A program made the position numbers and the translations under genes. The notes under the pieces were generated by a model that was not told the origin of the DNA, did not search any database, and saw nothing but the letters and a program-made list of their open reading frames with translations. A stretch of DNA of 62,912 bases, counting the filler, from Pelomyxa schiedti (taxonomy: Eukaryota; Protista; Evosea): NCBI GenBank assembly GCA_020536535.1. It is 9 parts of 9 records of this genome, joined end to end, with 100 filler letters (N's around TTAATTAATTAA, not from the genome) between each part and the next. Parts side by side here need not be neighbours in the genome. Positions count along the whole stretch, not along the records: positions 42,284 to 52,997 come from JAHLWZ010000153.1; positions 53,098 to 55,555 come from JAHLWZ010000295.1; positions 55,656 to 57,424 come from JAHLWZ010002282.1; positions 57,525 to 59,218 come from JAHLWZ010002326.1; 5 more parts are not named here. One strand, written 5' to 3'. Positions 47,312 to 59,318 of this stretch are shown here, piece by piece; position 1 is the first letter of the stretch; each line of letters begins with the position of its first letter.

Positions 47312-49766
47312 ATGGCACGACGCCGAGGAAGCCGTAGAAGGGAGGCAGAAACCAATTCGATGGCGACTAGTACGACGAAAGAGGAGGAGACAAAGGAGGA
47401 GGAGGGGGCGACGATGAGCGTGGGGGAAGCGGCTTCGGCGGCCAATTCGAGCGACGGCGGGGTTGCTCTGGCCGGGCTGCGTCAGCTCAGGCTAATTCTA
47501 AGCGCACAATGTGAGGTTTCTTAAATAAAGAGTATTGGTGCCTCCTGCCTGCTTCCTTGGAATGTGCATTCTTGTGCATTCTTTTTTTTTTTTGTTGTTG
47601 TTGTTTTATAGTTTTCCTGGAATGTTGGGATTTTTCTTTTAATTTATTCTCCTTTGTTTGTATAGTACCGCCCATTGATGAGGTGATCAAGACTGGTGTT
47701 GTCCCTCGTCTCATTCAGTTTTTATCCCTGGTATTTTACTTGCTGGTTGGTTTGTTGCCAACTATTATTTCCGCACGCAGGGAGGCAGCGATCCAAAATT
47801 TCAACTTGAAGCCCTGTGGGCACTTACAAACAGTCTGTCTGGTGTCTTTGCTGTTGAACATCATTTTAACGACCCGGTACAGTAACCAGTGGAAATACAA
47901 CGCAAACAGAAGAAGTGATCAAATGCGGAATTGTACCGCCAGCGATTGCCCTCCTCTCCTCCCCAGATGTGGATGTCTGTAAACAGGTTTGTAGAAATAA
48001 ATTATTATCATTATACACTATGTTTCCATACATCAGGCAACATGGGCACTGGGAAACATCTGTGGCGACAGTGTTCCATACAGGGATTATGTTCTCCAGC
48101 TTGGCTTTTTCCCGGCAATCCTCAGAGCAATAGCCAGAATCCCGGAATCAAATACAAGTTTTTTCAAAATCGCGGTATGACCAAAGCACAATACCCCACC
48201 AGACACCAACCAAAATCACAAACAAACAAATTTGACCTTGATTTCTTGTAGGCATGGGCTTTTTCCAATGGCTGTCGAGGAAAACCGGTTCCTGATGTTT
48301 CATATTTCCAGTCAAGTATCTCCCACAGTCGCACTTTAACATTTTTAAATCTCTGAGTTCATGACAGTTGCTGGTGAGTCAATTTCCATGTTATTCTCTA
48401 CACTGTCAAAGATCCTTCTCTACAATGACCTTGACGTTATAAGTTCCTCTGTCTGGTAAATAGAAAAAAAAAGGGAGATTACCTGATCACAGTCACTGTA
48501 TGTCTTATCTCTGACTCACCAAAACTTTCCTTCCTTCCAGGGCTGTATCATATTTGGCATCTTCCGCACCTTATGTTAGCCTCATTATTTCCTCCGGAAT
48601 AATACCCCTCATTATCCCATTTCTCCAGGTGTGTGTACGTGCAGTGGCACCGTTTTTGCTTTTTTCCTTCTTGACCCACCCCTAGGTGAACCGCACTGAA
48701 GTCCAAGTGCCAATTTTAAGTATCTTGGGAGATATTGCCTATGGAAGGTAACACTCACAAAAACTGAATTACTTTTCTCACTCCAAGCTTTAGCCAGGCT
48801 GAATCTCAGGTTATCTCCCTCCAACCAATAAAACTTGGAGAAAACTCACCAGCTTGTTTTCATCTTTCTCCTAGTCTCTGATTGATGCTGGAATTTTTCG
48901 TGCTGTTACTCCATTGTATGTACAACTCAATCTGCCACTTTTTGTACCTAATAATATGCATAACGTAGGCTTCAAGGAGGAGCCAAAAGTAATCTACAAA
49001 AGACCGTTTGTTTGCTGGTATGTGCACCAGCCATGATTTTTTTCTCATCTTTTCACTGTAAGCTCTCCAACATCGCAGCAGGAGCCTCAAGGTAGTTGTT
49101 CCCCACCCAACTACAACAAAGCTTTTGGGAAGTTGGTAACGCAAATCAAATAGCCGGCAGCAGGAAGCCCTATTTATGAGCGGAGTTATACCACTTGTTG
49201 CCAGAATATTGTCGAGTTCGGTTGACACTGATATCCGCAAGGAGGCCTGTTGGGTAGTGTGCAATTCAATGCAAACGGAAAACCTGGTGCACATTGAGTA
49301 TGTGTCTGTAAAGAACATTTTTCACTTACCAACAAAATATATCCACAGCCAAATTATTTCATTGGAAGTGCTGGAACCAATGGCAACACTCATGGATTTG
49401 GGTTTGGAACTGAAACTTATTGTTGCCATTCTTGAGGTAAAATTCCCACCCCCAGATTTATTCAAAATGTCATCCCTCACACAGAGCATGAAGAAAATTC
49501 TGGCCAGGAACAAAGGAGAAATAAGAAAGTACTGGACAGAAACAGTTGCCAGTGCTGTGGGTCGCATGCAGCGCCATTCTGATAGTGGAATTCGCGGGCT
49601 GGTGGCAAGTTTGCTTGAACAATATGAACCCAACTTTCTGCAGAACCGCAATGAGAACACGCCTCAGGTAAATAACAATCTGGAGGAAAGGAGGCCATCC
49701 AAAAATGCACTGCACCCTTCTGCACTTAGTGGTACTGACGAAGAAATGGATACCGATGAAGAATAA
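47312..49766 (+). CDS. Importin-alpha-like protein, divergent paralog 3 (only a short basic N-terminus)
   Basis: PPIDEVIKTGVVPRLIQFLS, EALWALTN, ATWALGNICGD, AWAFSNGCRGKP, KEACWVVCN; intron positions in the 5' half correspond to copies 1 and 2. Confidence 0.85.
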
Positions 49767-49827
49767 TAATACAGGAGCGATTTTTCCCAGTTCCTTTGTG
49801 ATAGTCTGCGAACCATCAGTTCAGTCG

Positions 49828-50976
49828 ATGACGGACAGTCTGGCCCCAGCAGCGGTAATTCACATTCACACCTCGGCGAGGAGCCAATTCATCGCCATCG
49901 GAGCTGGCGTAATTGTGGGACGGTGCGGCGGAACCAGCCCGATATCGACTCTCACGCCCTCTCTGCTGTCCCAACTTGGCCGCGACTGGGTCGTCACTCC
50001 CCGCTGCTCGAAAACAGACGTCGCCGTCATCGACCTCGAGGACGCCACAGTGTCCAACTCCCACAAGTACGTCTCGTTCGCGTTGTCGCCAACCCTGGGG
50101 GTCGTAGGAACCCCGGCCGTAGATTCGTTCTGCGGAACTGATGCCCAGAAAGGGAGGGAATTCCACGGGTGGGTTGGCCCTGAATCCACCGGGAAAAGGT
50201 TCGCTGTGACATCACTGTGTGTAGTTGGCCGTGTGGAAGTCATTGACACTGAAGCATGTGAGTGTGTTGCAACTCTCAACAAGTCACTTTACAACAAGTT
50301 CTGCATCAGCAGGAGGTGGGGTGTGGTGATGCCAGTGAGGTGGGCACTCGCAATGACACTGTGGAGCTTCGATTGTATTGATAATGGTGGGGTTATCTGT
50401 GTTCCTGAGATTGTTCTGCCTTGGGATGTGGGTAACATGGCTTTTGATGGTGCCTGCTCCCTTGTTATCACGCCTGAAGTAGCTAGGGGCAACAACGATG
50501 TGATGGTTATTGACCTACAGGCCACGATGGAACAAAGGAAGCTGATTGGGAGAGCCTACACTTCATGCATCAAGAGGGGCTCTCGTTTCATGGAAATATG
50601 GTGTTGGAGTGGAATGACGTATGCAACAGCCGAAAGAGAAGAGGGATTCTTGTTCTGCCTTACAACTGGTCAAAGGTTTGAACTGACAGGAACACGCAGT
50701 GTTGCCACCCCAATTGGTGGTGAATTCTTTGTGACCAGCAAACAAAGTGAGGACGAGGGACAGGTTATACAGGTGTTCAGTGTGAGGGATCCAACGCACT
50801 TGCGTTGCACACACAGAGTGGGACACCGGGAGACATTACATGCTGGGCACGGGCTGCTGATCAGGGATACTGGAGGTTATGGGAGACCAATCAATGCCCA
50901 AGTAGTTGATGCTGCTTCAGGGGTTGTCATCCTAAATCTCACACCTATGTGGTTAGTTGTAGCAAGGGTGCTATAA
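49828..50976 (+). CDS. Intronless family member E (382 aa)
   Basis: ARSQFIAI, GRCGGTSP, LGRDWV, LSPTLGVV, SRRWGV, VIDLQAT, VDAASG. Confidence 0.85.
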   Translation: MTDSLAPAAVIHIHTSARSQFIAIGAGVIVGRCGGTSPISTLTPSLLSQLGRDWVVTPRCSKTDVAVIDLEDATVSNSHKYVSFALSPTLGVVGTPAVDSFCGTDAQKGREFHGWVGPESTGKRFAVTSLCVVGRVEVIDTEACECVATLNKSLYNKFCISRRWGVVMPVRWALAMTLWSFDCIDNGGVICVPEIVLPWDVGNMAFDGACSLVITPEVARGNNDVMVIDLQATMEQRKLIGRAYTSCIKRGSRFMEIWCWSGMTYATAEREEGFLFCLTTGQRFELTGTRSVATPIGGEFFVTSKQSEDEGQVIQVFSVRDPTHLRCTHRVGHRETLHAGHGLLIRDTGGYGRPINAQVVDAASGVVILNLTPMWLVVARVL

Positions 50977-51080
50977 GAGATGTTGTTTTAGCAAACAAGC
51001 ATAATGATTTGTTTTGAACACTTTTGGGCAACAACAATTCTTTCAACTGTGTTGAAAAGCCATGACTGTATCATCGTCGT

Positions 51081-51468
51081 TCAAGTGTGTTGCTGCTTTG
51101 ACACACCAACAAGGTATATTACACCTTCATGTGAAAACTTCGCCCAGGCCATTGTGCCACAGTTTGACCAGTTGTGGGGGTCAGTGTCCCTCATCCCAAT
51201 GACAAACACTTCCCCATTGAATGCATGTGACAGATGCTCACACACCTTTTTTTTTTTTTTTTTGTTAAACAACCAAAAAAGAAAAGAAACAAACGGCCAA
51301 GGCAACCAAACAACGAAGAAAAAGCAATAAAAAGCGCAAGCGCATGCCACCACAAACCTTAGAAGGAGTGTCAGGTTCCCGTAGTTTGTCCTGGAAACCC
51401 ACTAATGCACGTTCGATGGTATCCACATCCGCCGCACTGATTTTCGGCGACCGGTACTCCTCCTTCAT
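51081..51468 (-). CDS. Small two-exon hypothetical protein (~91 aa)
   Basis: MKEEYRSPKIS...PDTPSK | VCEHLSHAFNGEVFVIG...GVSKQQHT*, joined by a phase-0 GT-AG intron. Confidence 0.5.
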
Positions 51469-51513
51469 CAGTCAATCACAAACAAAAAAAAATCGTTCAA
51501 ACGAAAAAAAAAA

Positions 51514-52980
51514 ATGTCGTCGACAACCAACAGCTACCAGAAGAAAAAACACCGACGTTCACATACACAAAACAACCACTCCACAACCACCACAATGACA
51601 GCACAACAACCGCCGTCAAAAACACAAACCGCCGGCGTTGATATTTTGTTGGATTCGCGGCTCCAGTTTGTTGCCTTGTGCTTTTTCTCGCACCAGAGGT
51701 GTGGATACAATCGCGGCAGAAGCGGCATAAGCATTGGAGGTCGTCGTTGCGGTGCGGAAGGCAGCTCTCGCGGTGACGAGGATGTAGAATGTTCTCATGC
51801 AGTGATGAGTGTGATGTTGGCTGTGAGGGTTGTGTGGGAGTGGGCGATTTCCAGCGGGCCAGTGAGGTTCTTCAGTGTTCTGGGGAGGTTCCTGGACGGG
51901 CCGAACCCACCCGTCTTGATCACGTTTGGAGTGTCACTGGTTACACTGGGTGTTGTTTCAAAACACACGAGGTTTTGGGTGTACAATGGCTGGCACACTG
52001 GGGGGGTAACGCCAGTGCATGGGGCAAACAGCACACATGTTATGGACTGCTGGTTCAGGGATGGTGAGACTGAGTCATTGTTGATTGCCAGGAAAACACA
52101 AGTCCCCCAACTAACTCATGGAGATGATTTCAAGTGCAGAAGTCATCCAAGAAATATGGATGTGGGGACAAAGTTCACTTTTTCATGCACTGGAGTTTGC
52201 TCCTCTGTTGGGATGAACAACAAGTGGCTTGTTATCTGTGACAGTGTCAAGGGAAAACTGAAAGTTATTAACCTCCAATTGGAGGATCAACAGCCTGAAC
52301 CAGGAGGAGCTCCACTACTACAACAACAAACAGTTATAGATATACCAGGATATCATTATGCCCTCGTTTACGATGTTTCCATGGACCAGACCCGTGAAGA
52401 TGAAGCTCTTCTGAGAGGAAGGGATCTATTTGACGCTCCAGTAGTTTTCATGGTTCTTGTCCCCCTGGCGCAACTATGGTCACAAGACGGATCAGTCTCC
52501 ACAATCAGTTGCACTTCCATCAATCTGCCCAGCTCTAGTTACAAAAAGTTGTTGGTTCTTCACACGGAATCAAACGGGCGGGCCTTCATTATCCTCTCTT
52601 CATTGTGTGAGACTTCCTTCATTGTCCAGCACTTCACTGAGAACAATTGCGCCAGTCCAGTTCACTCACACACCTACAACAACATCAAAGGGGATGTGTC
52701 ACTATCACAGATGAGTGAGAGGCTTTACTGTGTATCGTATTGCAACAAAATTGAGCTTTGGGACTGCAACAGTCCATTCAGTGCTCTGCGCGTTGTTGAC
52801 AGCCATGTCAATTGCTGTCCGCTGGTGATTGCTCACTCAGGGTTCCTGTTCCACCACCAAAACAACAATGAGAAAATCCTGGTGACCGACAACGAGACCG
52901 GTGCCAAGTTGCTGCACCTGCATTTTGGTGGTGGCGGCCCTCAATTCATGCTTGGAACCCATTTCTCCTTCTTGTTGTGA
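51514..52980 (+). CDS. Intronless family member F (488 aa from the first ATG; 51595 is an alternative start)
   Basis: SRLQFVAL, HQRCG, VWEW, FGVSLVTLGVV, NNKWLV, TDNETG. Confidence 0.8.
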   Translation: MSSTTNSYQKKKHRRSHTQNNHSTTTTMTAQQPPSKTQTAGVDILLDSRLQFVALCFFSHQRCGYNRGRSGISIGGRRCGAEGSSRGDEDVECSHAVMSVMLAVRVVWEWAISSGPVRFFSVLGRFLDGPNPPVLITFGVSLVTLGVVSKHTRFWVYNGWHTGGVTPVHGANSTHVMDCWFRDGETESLLIARKTQVPQLTHGDDFKCRSHPRNMDVGTKFTFSCTGVCSSVGMNNKWLVICDSVKGKLKVINLQLEDQQPEPGGAPLLQQQTVIDIPGYHYALVYDVSMDQTREDEALLRGRDLFDAPVVFMVLVPLAQLWSQDGSVSTISCTSINLPSSSYKKLLVLHTESNGRAFIILSSLCETSFIVQHFTENNCASPVHSHTYNNIKGDVSLSQMSERLYCVSYCNKIELWDCNSPFSALRVVDSHVNCCPLVIAHSGFLFHHQNNNEKILVTDNETGAKLLHLHFGGGGPQFMLGTHFSFLL

Positions 52981-53771
52981 AGGAAGGAATGGGTATCNNN
53001 NNNNNNNNNNNNNNNNNNNNNNNNNNNNNNNNNNNNNNNNNTTAATTAATTAANNNNNNNNNNNNNNNNNNNNNNNNNNNNNNNNNNNNNNNNNNNNTTT
53101 AAATACACAAAATCCCTTTTCATTTTTGAATGAATTACATCAGTGTTGTTGTTGCACTTGCCACTTTCCTCTCCCATCCAACAGCGGTTGTTGTGCCTCC
53201 GCATCACCATCGCTGTCATTGTCATTGTCATCCTCACCATCACCACCCTCACTCACACCGGCGTTGTTAGTATTATTGTTGTTGTTTCCACCACCGCCAA
53301 CACCAGCACCATCATATTCATCATCCTCACCCAGGATAGCACTCCCAAGTGAAGGTGGAGTGTATCCACGTGGGATGCTGGTGGGATTGGCCCCCACGTA
53401 ATCAGCAGTACTGTCGCCCACCGGTGGGATGCTGATGTTGTCCGTGTTGGTGTTCTTCCAGTGCGGGATTCTGCCGCTCCCGCCGCCCTCGACCTCGTAG
53501 CTGAGCGCGCTGTCTGTGCTGTCGGTGCTGTAGCTTCTTGTGTACTCGCCGGAGCTGGTGAGGGGCTGCTGTTCATTCGCCGTGTCATCACTGTCACTGT
53601 GTGGCTCCTCTTCGTCGCTGTGGCGTGTCNNNNNNNNNNNNNNNNNNNNNNNNNNNNNNNNNNNNNNNNNNNNNNNNNNNNNNNNNNNNNNNNNNNNNNN
53701 NNNNNNNNNNNNNNNNNNNNNNNNNNNNNTTTAAATACACAAAATCCCTTTTCATTTTTGAATGAATTACA

Positions 53772-55555
53772 TCAGTGTTGTTGTTGCACTTGCCACTTTC
53801 CTCTCCCATCCAACAGCGGTTGTTGTGCCTCCGCATCACCATCGCTGTCACTGTCATTGTCATCACCAGTATTGTTGTTGTTGTTTCCACCACCGCCAAC
53901 ACCAGCACCATCATATTCATCATCCTCGCCCAGGATAGCACTCCCAAGTGAAGGTGGAGTGTATCCACGTGGGATGCTGGTGGGATTGGCCCCCACGTAA
54001 TCAGCAGTACTGTCGCCCACCGGCGGGATGCTGATGTTGTCCGTGTTGGTGGTGTTCTTCCAGTGCGGGATTCTGCCGCTCCCGCCGCCCTCGACCTCGT
54101 AGCTGAGCGTGCTGTCTGTGCTGTCGGTGCTGTAGCTTCTTGTGTACTCGCCGGAGCTGGTGAGGGGCTGCTGTTCATTCGCCGTGTCATCACTGTCACT
54201 GTGTGGCTCCTCTTCGTCGCTGTGGCGTGTCATGATGACATGAGGCCGGACTGGTGGCGATGTCGACGATGTTGGGGTGCGGTTCCGCGGGTTGTTGCTG
54301 TTGCTGTTGCAGTTGCTGCTGGTGTTGCTGAGTGCTATTCTGCTTGCGAATTCGCTGATTTTGCCGGAAATGGAACCGGAACCGGAGCCGGAATTGTTGT
54401 CAGGGGGAGGTGCTAGGTCCGCGGGATTGGTGTTGGTTCTCAGGAGGTCACTTTTGACCTTGTCAGATTCCCGCAGAGGTGGCAGGCCTCGGGATGACAT
54501 CGCGGAAAGCCGTTGTAGAATAGTATCGAATGAGGGCCTATTTGGAATTTAGAAGAAATAGGAAAATAATGAAAGCGGGAAAACCGGTCTATGGGCTCTT
54601 CTTGCCAACACTCGGTTGTGAGTCTGGCATACAGGGGATGAACTCCTCTTGGCAGGTCTGGTCTGAGCTTTTCGTTTGCTACGCCAAAAATTACAGTATA
54701 NNNNNNNNNNNNNNNNNNNNNNNNNNNNNNNNNNNNNNNNNNNNNNNNNNNNNNNNNNNNNNNNNNNNNNNNNNNNNNNNNNNNNNNNNNNNNNNNNNNN
54801 AAAACCGGTCTATGGGCTCTTCTTGCCAACACTCGGTTGTGAGTCTGGCATACAGGGGATGAACTCCTCTTGGCAGGTCTGGTCTGAGCTTTTCGTTTGC
54901 TACGCCAAAAATTACAGTATAGGGAGAAATTCCGCGGTATGGGTCTTCCCTTGCAACGCATTCCCACATAACAACCCCGAAACTGTAATGTGGAAATGTT
55001 TATTACGCGCCATGGAAAGGAAATACCTGCCATTACCTGTAGATATCTGCTTTTTCCGAGTAGAATACTCGGCGCAGTACCTCAGGTGCAGTCTGGACCT
55101 GTTAGTAACAAAGCCAATACTGAAATTTAATATACCCAACTCGGTGTTCCACAAGCTGTCAGCGTTGTTGTCACGTTTTCGAATATTGCACTCAGTCCAA
55201 AATCACAAACTTTCACTCGCCAGTTTTCATCAACCAAGAGATTATGACTCTTCAAATCCTAGATGCGGTTTCAGTGTTGCCCTATTTACAGAAATTTACT
55301 CTATGTAAAATCGGAGGAGTGCAACTGTGTAGGTAGTGACAACCCCTTGCTGTATCTTTTAGTATGGATAAGATGCGATCCCTTGACAAATGGTTTTTTC
55401 GGATTTAGACTTCGGGGAACATACATTTCAATAGTAATTGTGGGGTTATGCAAGATCGAGTACAAGCTGCCTTTTGGCATATATTCCATTGCAAAGCACA
55501 TGTCTGGAGGATCCATGCAGCATCCAAAAAATTGCAACACATTGGGGTGTCTCAG
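53772..55555 (-). CDS. TKL (Raf-like) protein kinase, C-terminal portion with a long low-complexity tail
   Basis: LRHPNVLQFFG, MEYMPKGSL, ILHRDLKSHNLLV, VCDFGLS, WECVAREDPY, ECWQEEPIDRP. 53098-53629 is a variant duplicate of the tail. Confidence 0.9.
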
Positions 55556-56078
55556 NNNNNNNNNNNNNNNNNNNNNNNNNNNNNNNNNNNNNNNNNNNNT
55601 TAATTAATTAANNNNNNNNNNNNNNNNNNNNNNNNNNNNNNNNNNNNNNNNNNNNGAATCATTGCGAAAAATAATGACATAGCTTTAGATACTCTATCAG
55701 GGGGGAAGAAATCGCACAAAAGTGAAGGTGCGACAGCGGAAAAAGCAGCTATTTTGTGTAAGATATGGACCAAAAGAGAAGTGAGCGAAAACCTGACCCA
55801 ATGCCAACAAATACCGTCGCGAAAAGGAGAAACCAGAAACTCTCAGAGAAAGCAGTAACGCAAGATCCCACAGAAAATATAAAAAGGGAGCCCCACCGAC
55901 AAACGGCAGCCCCGCATCGCTTTGGTGTTTTATTTTATTTTGTTGTATCGGATCTTGGGGAAAGGGTCTGAATGAGCCTGATATCAGAGATGTAGGTGCA
56001 GACACATCGACCAGGACATCAACCAAACCCGCGTCCCTGTACGCTGTTCAAGATCCCTCTTTTCGCTTTTTATTGTAA

Positions 56079-57236
56079 ATGGAGGTTGTTGCGCGTATCG
56101 ACGCGCGGAAGCAACTTATGGGATTGATGTGCGGAGGACACAGACGGTGTGGGGCTGGGAGTGCTTGTGGGGTTGTGGCCGTCGTCCCATCACTCATGCG
56201 ACTGCTGGCCCACCGGTGGGTCACGTGCGCCGAGAGGCTCTGTTCGTTCATGCTGTGTGACGACAGGGACGGAGAAAACGTGTCTGGTCACACCAGGCAA
56301 TTATGGGTGAGGATTTCGCCAACTCTCGGCGTCGTGGACAGCGGCTGGTTTGACCTGCATGTCCCATCATTCCCGGAGGAGAGTATTTCTGTTGTAGGCA
56401 ATATAGGCACTGATTGGTTGGTGGACTTTGGCTACCAGACACTTCACATAGTTGGGCTCGATGGCAGGTGCCAAATGTCACACAACACTCAAAGCCCTTC
56501 GACGCAGATTAGCTCCAGCTCAAAGTGGCTTGTGGGAGTCGAATACACGTTGCTAATATGGAAGGTGGGCCTTAATTCTGATGGGAATCGCCCGGGACTG
56601 ATGAACAAGCCCGTTAGTGTTGAGATGATTCCTGGCACTTCCATAGTCAGTTCGAAGTTGGACAAGAGTAGTGATGATATCTTTATGATGCTCTGTAGGA
56701 GCCCGCGTGATTCCTTGTATCGCGTTCTGTTCATTGACCTGGCTGCCGCGTTTGCGAGGAAGTCATTGGTAACTGTAAGGGAATTGCAGTTCCAGTGTGA
56801 GGATGGATGGGACCCAGAGGGATTTCTGGTGTCAAATGGCTTGCTTTGGGTGGTTGTTAATCGGTATCCTATGGGTTACGGGGTCCTTTGTGTTGCCACA
56901 GGAGTGTGTTACTTGTTCCCAGAGGAGTATGACACCTTCCCTGCCAGGGGAAGCATTAAGACCCTTGGGAGTGACCACTTTTGTCAGTACCAACGACTTC
57001 ACCCTTCATCATGCACAGTCTACAGTGCTTCCCAACCACCAACAGCCATAAGCTTTTTTGAGAAGCACTGCGAAATTTCCCCCCAACGTCAATTCTTGGA
57101 TGTGGGTAGCCTTGCAACAGGGAAATCAATAGACTCATCATCTCGTCCCCCTATTGTCACAGTGGTTATTAGTGATTCGTTCAGTGGGACTACTCTGGCG
57201 TTTGCCAAGTACCCTCGTGGGTTCTATTTGATCTAA
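56079..57236 (+). CDS. Intronless family member G (385 aa)
   Basis: ARKQLMGL, HRRCGAGS, LAHRWV, ISPTLGVV, SSKWLV, FIDLAAAF, SDSFSG. Confidence 0.85.
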   Translation: MEVVARIDARKQLMGLMCGGHRRCGAGSACGVVAVVPSLMRLLAHRWVTCAERLCSFMLCDDRDGENVSGHTRQLWVRISPTLGVVDSGWFDLHVPSFPEESISVVGNIGTDWLVDFGYQTLHIVGLDGRCQMSHNTQSPSTQISSSSKWLVGVEYTLLIWKVGLNSDGNRPGLMNKPVSVEMIPGTSIVSSKLDKSSDDIFMMLCRSPRDSLYRVLFIDLAAAFARKSLVTVRELQFQCEDGWDPEGFLVSNGLLWVVVNRYPMGYGVLCVATGVCYLFPEEYDTFPARGSIKTLGSDHFCQYQRLHPSSCTVYSASQPPTAISFFEKHCEISPQRQFLDVGSLATGKSIDSSSRPPIVTVVISDSFSGTTLAFAKYPRGFYLI

Positions 57237-57524
57237 GGTGGGACTCTTGGGCTTTGGGAGTGTGAGTCTCTGGCCTGTGTCGGTTCCAAAATGTAAAAAA
57301 ACCAAAAGGACTTCTGTATTTAGAAAGAAAAGAGTCCTTTGCCAACGCTCACAGTGTTCCATTGAGGGAACGTCACAATGAGAACTTGCCGACCAGAGAG
57401 CACATCAGAAAAAACAACACCCGCNNNNNNNNNNNNNNNNNNNNNNNNNNNNNNNNNNNNNNNNNNNNTTAATTAATTAANNNNNNNNNNNNNNNNNNNN
57501 NNNNNNNNNNNNNNNNNNNNNNNN

Positions 57525-57733
57525 GCAAGAGCACACAACACAACCTCTCATTGGCCCCACTGTGTATGCACCCCGCATCATTCCTCACATTTGTTACACC
57601 AAACAACACAGGTTTGATGGACCCCACAACTACCTGCTGGATGACGACATTTCACACAACATTGTGAACACAATCCAAACTGAAATACTAGAGCAATATG
57701 ACATGTGTGGGTTCAATCCAGGTGTTTTCTGAA
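57525..57733 (+). CDS. Probable terminal exons of an unidentified gene
   Basis: Intron ending aacacag, then FDGPHNYLLDDDISHNIVNTIQTEILEQYDMCGFNPGVF* and an AATAAA downstream. Confidence 0.35.
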
Positions 57734-57993
57734 TTGAAAATAACCAATAAAATAAATGGTCTTACGGACTTACCTTTGGAATGAGCCAATCAAGCTTGGA
57801 TAAGAACGTACAACACACAAAGCACACCAACAAAACATGTGAACCACACTGCCACAATTCACCCACACACCACCCAAATAACGCACGAGAGTTGCTCCTT
57901 CTCTTCTAGAAGCTTCACCAACAAATACATGGGATGAGATACACATAAGAATAAAAAGAGCATTAGTAGTGGTGTATTTTAAGCTATTTTTCT

Positions 57994-59218
57994 TTAGCTT
58001 GTCTTGGAGTATTTGGGTGCACCTTTCTCCCTTTTATCTTTCAAAACCTGAAGGCCACAAAGTGCAGCAAGGTAAAACAACCGGTCAACATTCTCACCAG
58101 TGTAGGCTGAAGTTTCAATCCAGGCAGAAGCACAAATGTCTGTGGCCATATCACTGGCAGCTTGTTGTGGCACTTGTCGTTGTGATTCCAAATCCATTTT
58201 TGTGCCACAAAGGATCACCTGTACAACACAATGTGTATTGTAAATAAGGCATGCAGAACACACCTGTGCACCTGGGCAATGTGTGTGATATACTTCTACA
58301 ACTTTGCGAAAATCTCTAAATTCTTCAATTGAAGTGGTATCATAAACAAAAATTAACACAGAGCAAAGCCGAGCATAGAGTATATTCTACTAGCAAGTTG
58401 GAGGGAAATAAATCATGAAGTAAATCTTACCCTTTCTCTGTACCTTTCCTGCCCAGCAGTATCTTGAAAAAGATAAATAAATACAAGGTTTACATGACTT
58501 GAGAGGGTTGTGTACCCCAAATTTGAAGCACACAGTTTATCCCATGAACATCTACTCGTTTTTGGCAAACATCTACACCAACAGTAATAACTGTATCAAG
58601 AAATTTCCCTGTTACAAACCGACCAACTAAGGCTGATTTCCCTGAGGCTCCTTCATTCACTACACATACTGTCACACATACTTCTGCACCACTGGCAAAA
58701 CCAAAGTTGGTATCACCCATATGTCTAGTGTGATGCACAATAACACTTGGGATCTCAACAGAAAATGAGGAGTTTCTCAAGGAATGTAACATTGCCACCA
58801 ACAGTGATGGTTCATGTAAATGCCTCGAAAGGTTGTTGACATCATCTCTGATATCAGCTTTAAAGATGTGTTTCATAAGCAGTAGTCTTAACAACATGTC
58901 GGGTATTGTGGTCTTGTGGTAAATGCAGCTCAGTAAAGATATATCTGCTGGTGTGAACTTGGGTTTCCCAGAGAGAATGGAGTTAATGGCATCTTTCTCT
59001 TGTGCAGTCAAAACAAGTTGACCATGGAGGTCTGTATGTTTGGAGCATTCAAGAAAAAGATGCATCAATAGCAGCAGTACTGGTGAGAAAAATGGTTCCG
59101 CTTTCAGAGCTTTACAAACCGCCAACCGACCTGCAGTGATGTCTCCATCATCACATTGCAGGTGGCACATTGCCTTCATTGTGAAGTGCACAGCCCTGGC
59201 ACCTTTTTTTGTTTTGTT
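57994..59218 (-). CDS. Rab-like GTPase with a long unrecognised N-terminal domain; 5' end at contig edge
   Basis: At least 165 aa of helical-looking sequence, then VVNEGASGKS, ITVGVD, QIWDTAGQERY, CGTKMD, IETSA; no C-terminal Cys. Confidence 0.8.
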
Positions 59219-59318
59219 NNNNNNNNNNNNNNNNNNNNNNNNNNNNNNNNNNNNNNNNNNNNTTAATTAATTAANNNNNNNNNNNNNNNNNNNNNNNNNN
59301 NNNNNNNNNNNNNNNNNN

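Noticed and set aside
46462-47445. Multiple long overlapping antisense ORFs in GC-rich 5' regions
   Set aside because: Expected from high GC content and stop scarcity; low-complexity translations with no motifs.
53098-54230. Duplicated kinase tail
   Set aside because: Two variants separated by a gap and differing by small indels; most simply allelic assembly redundancy.
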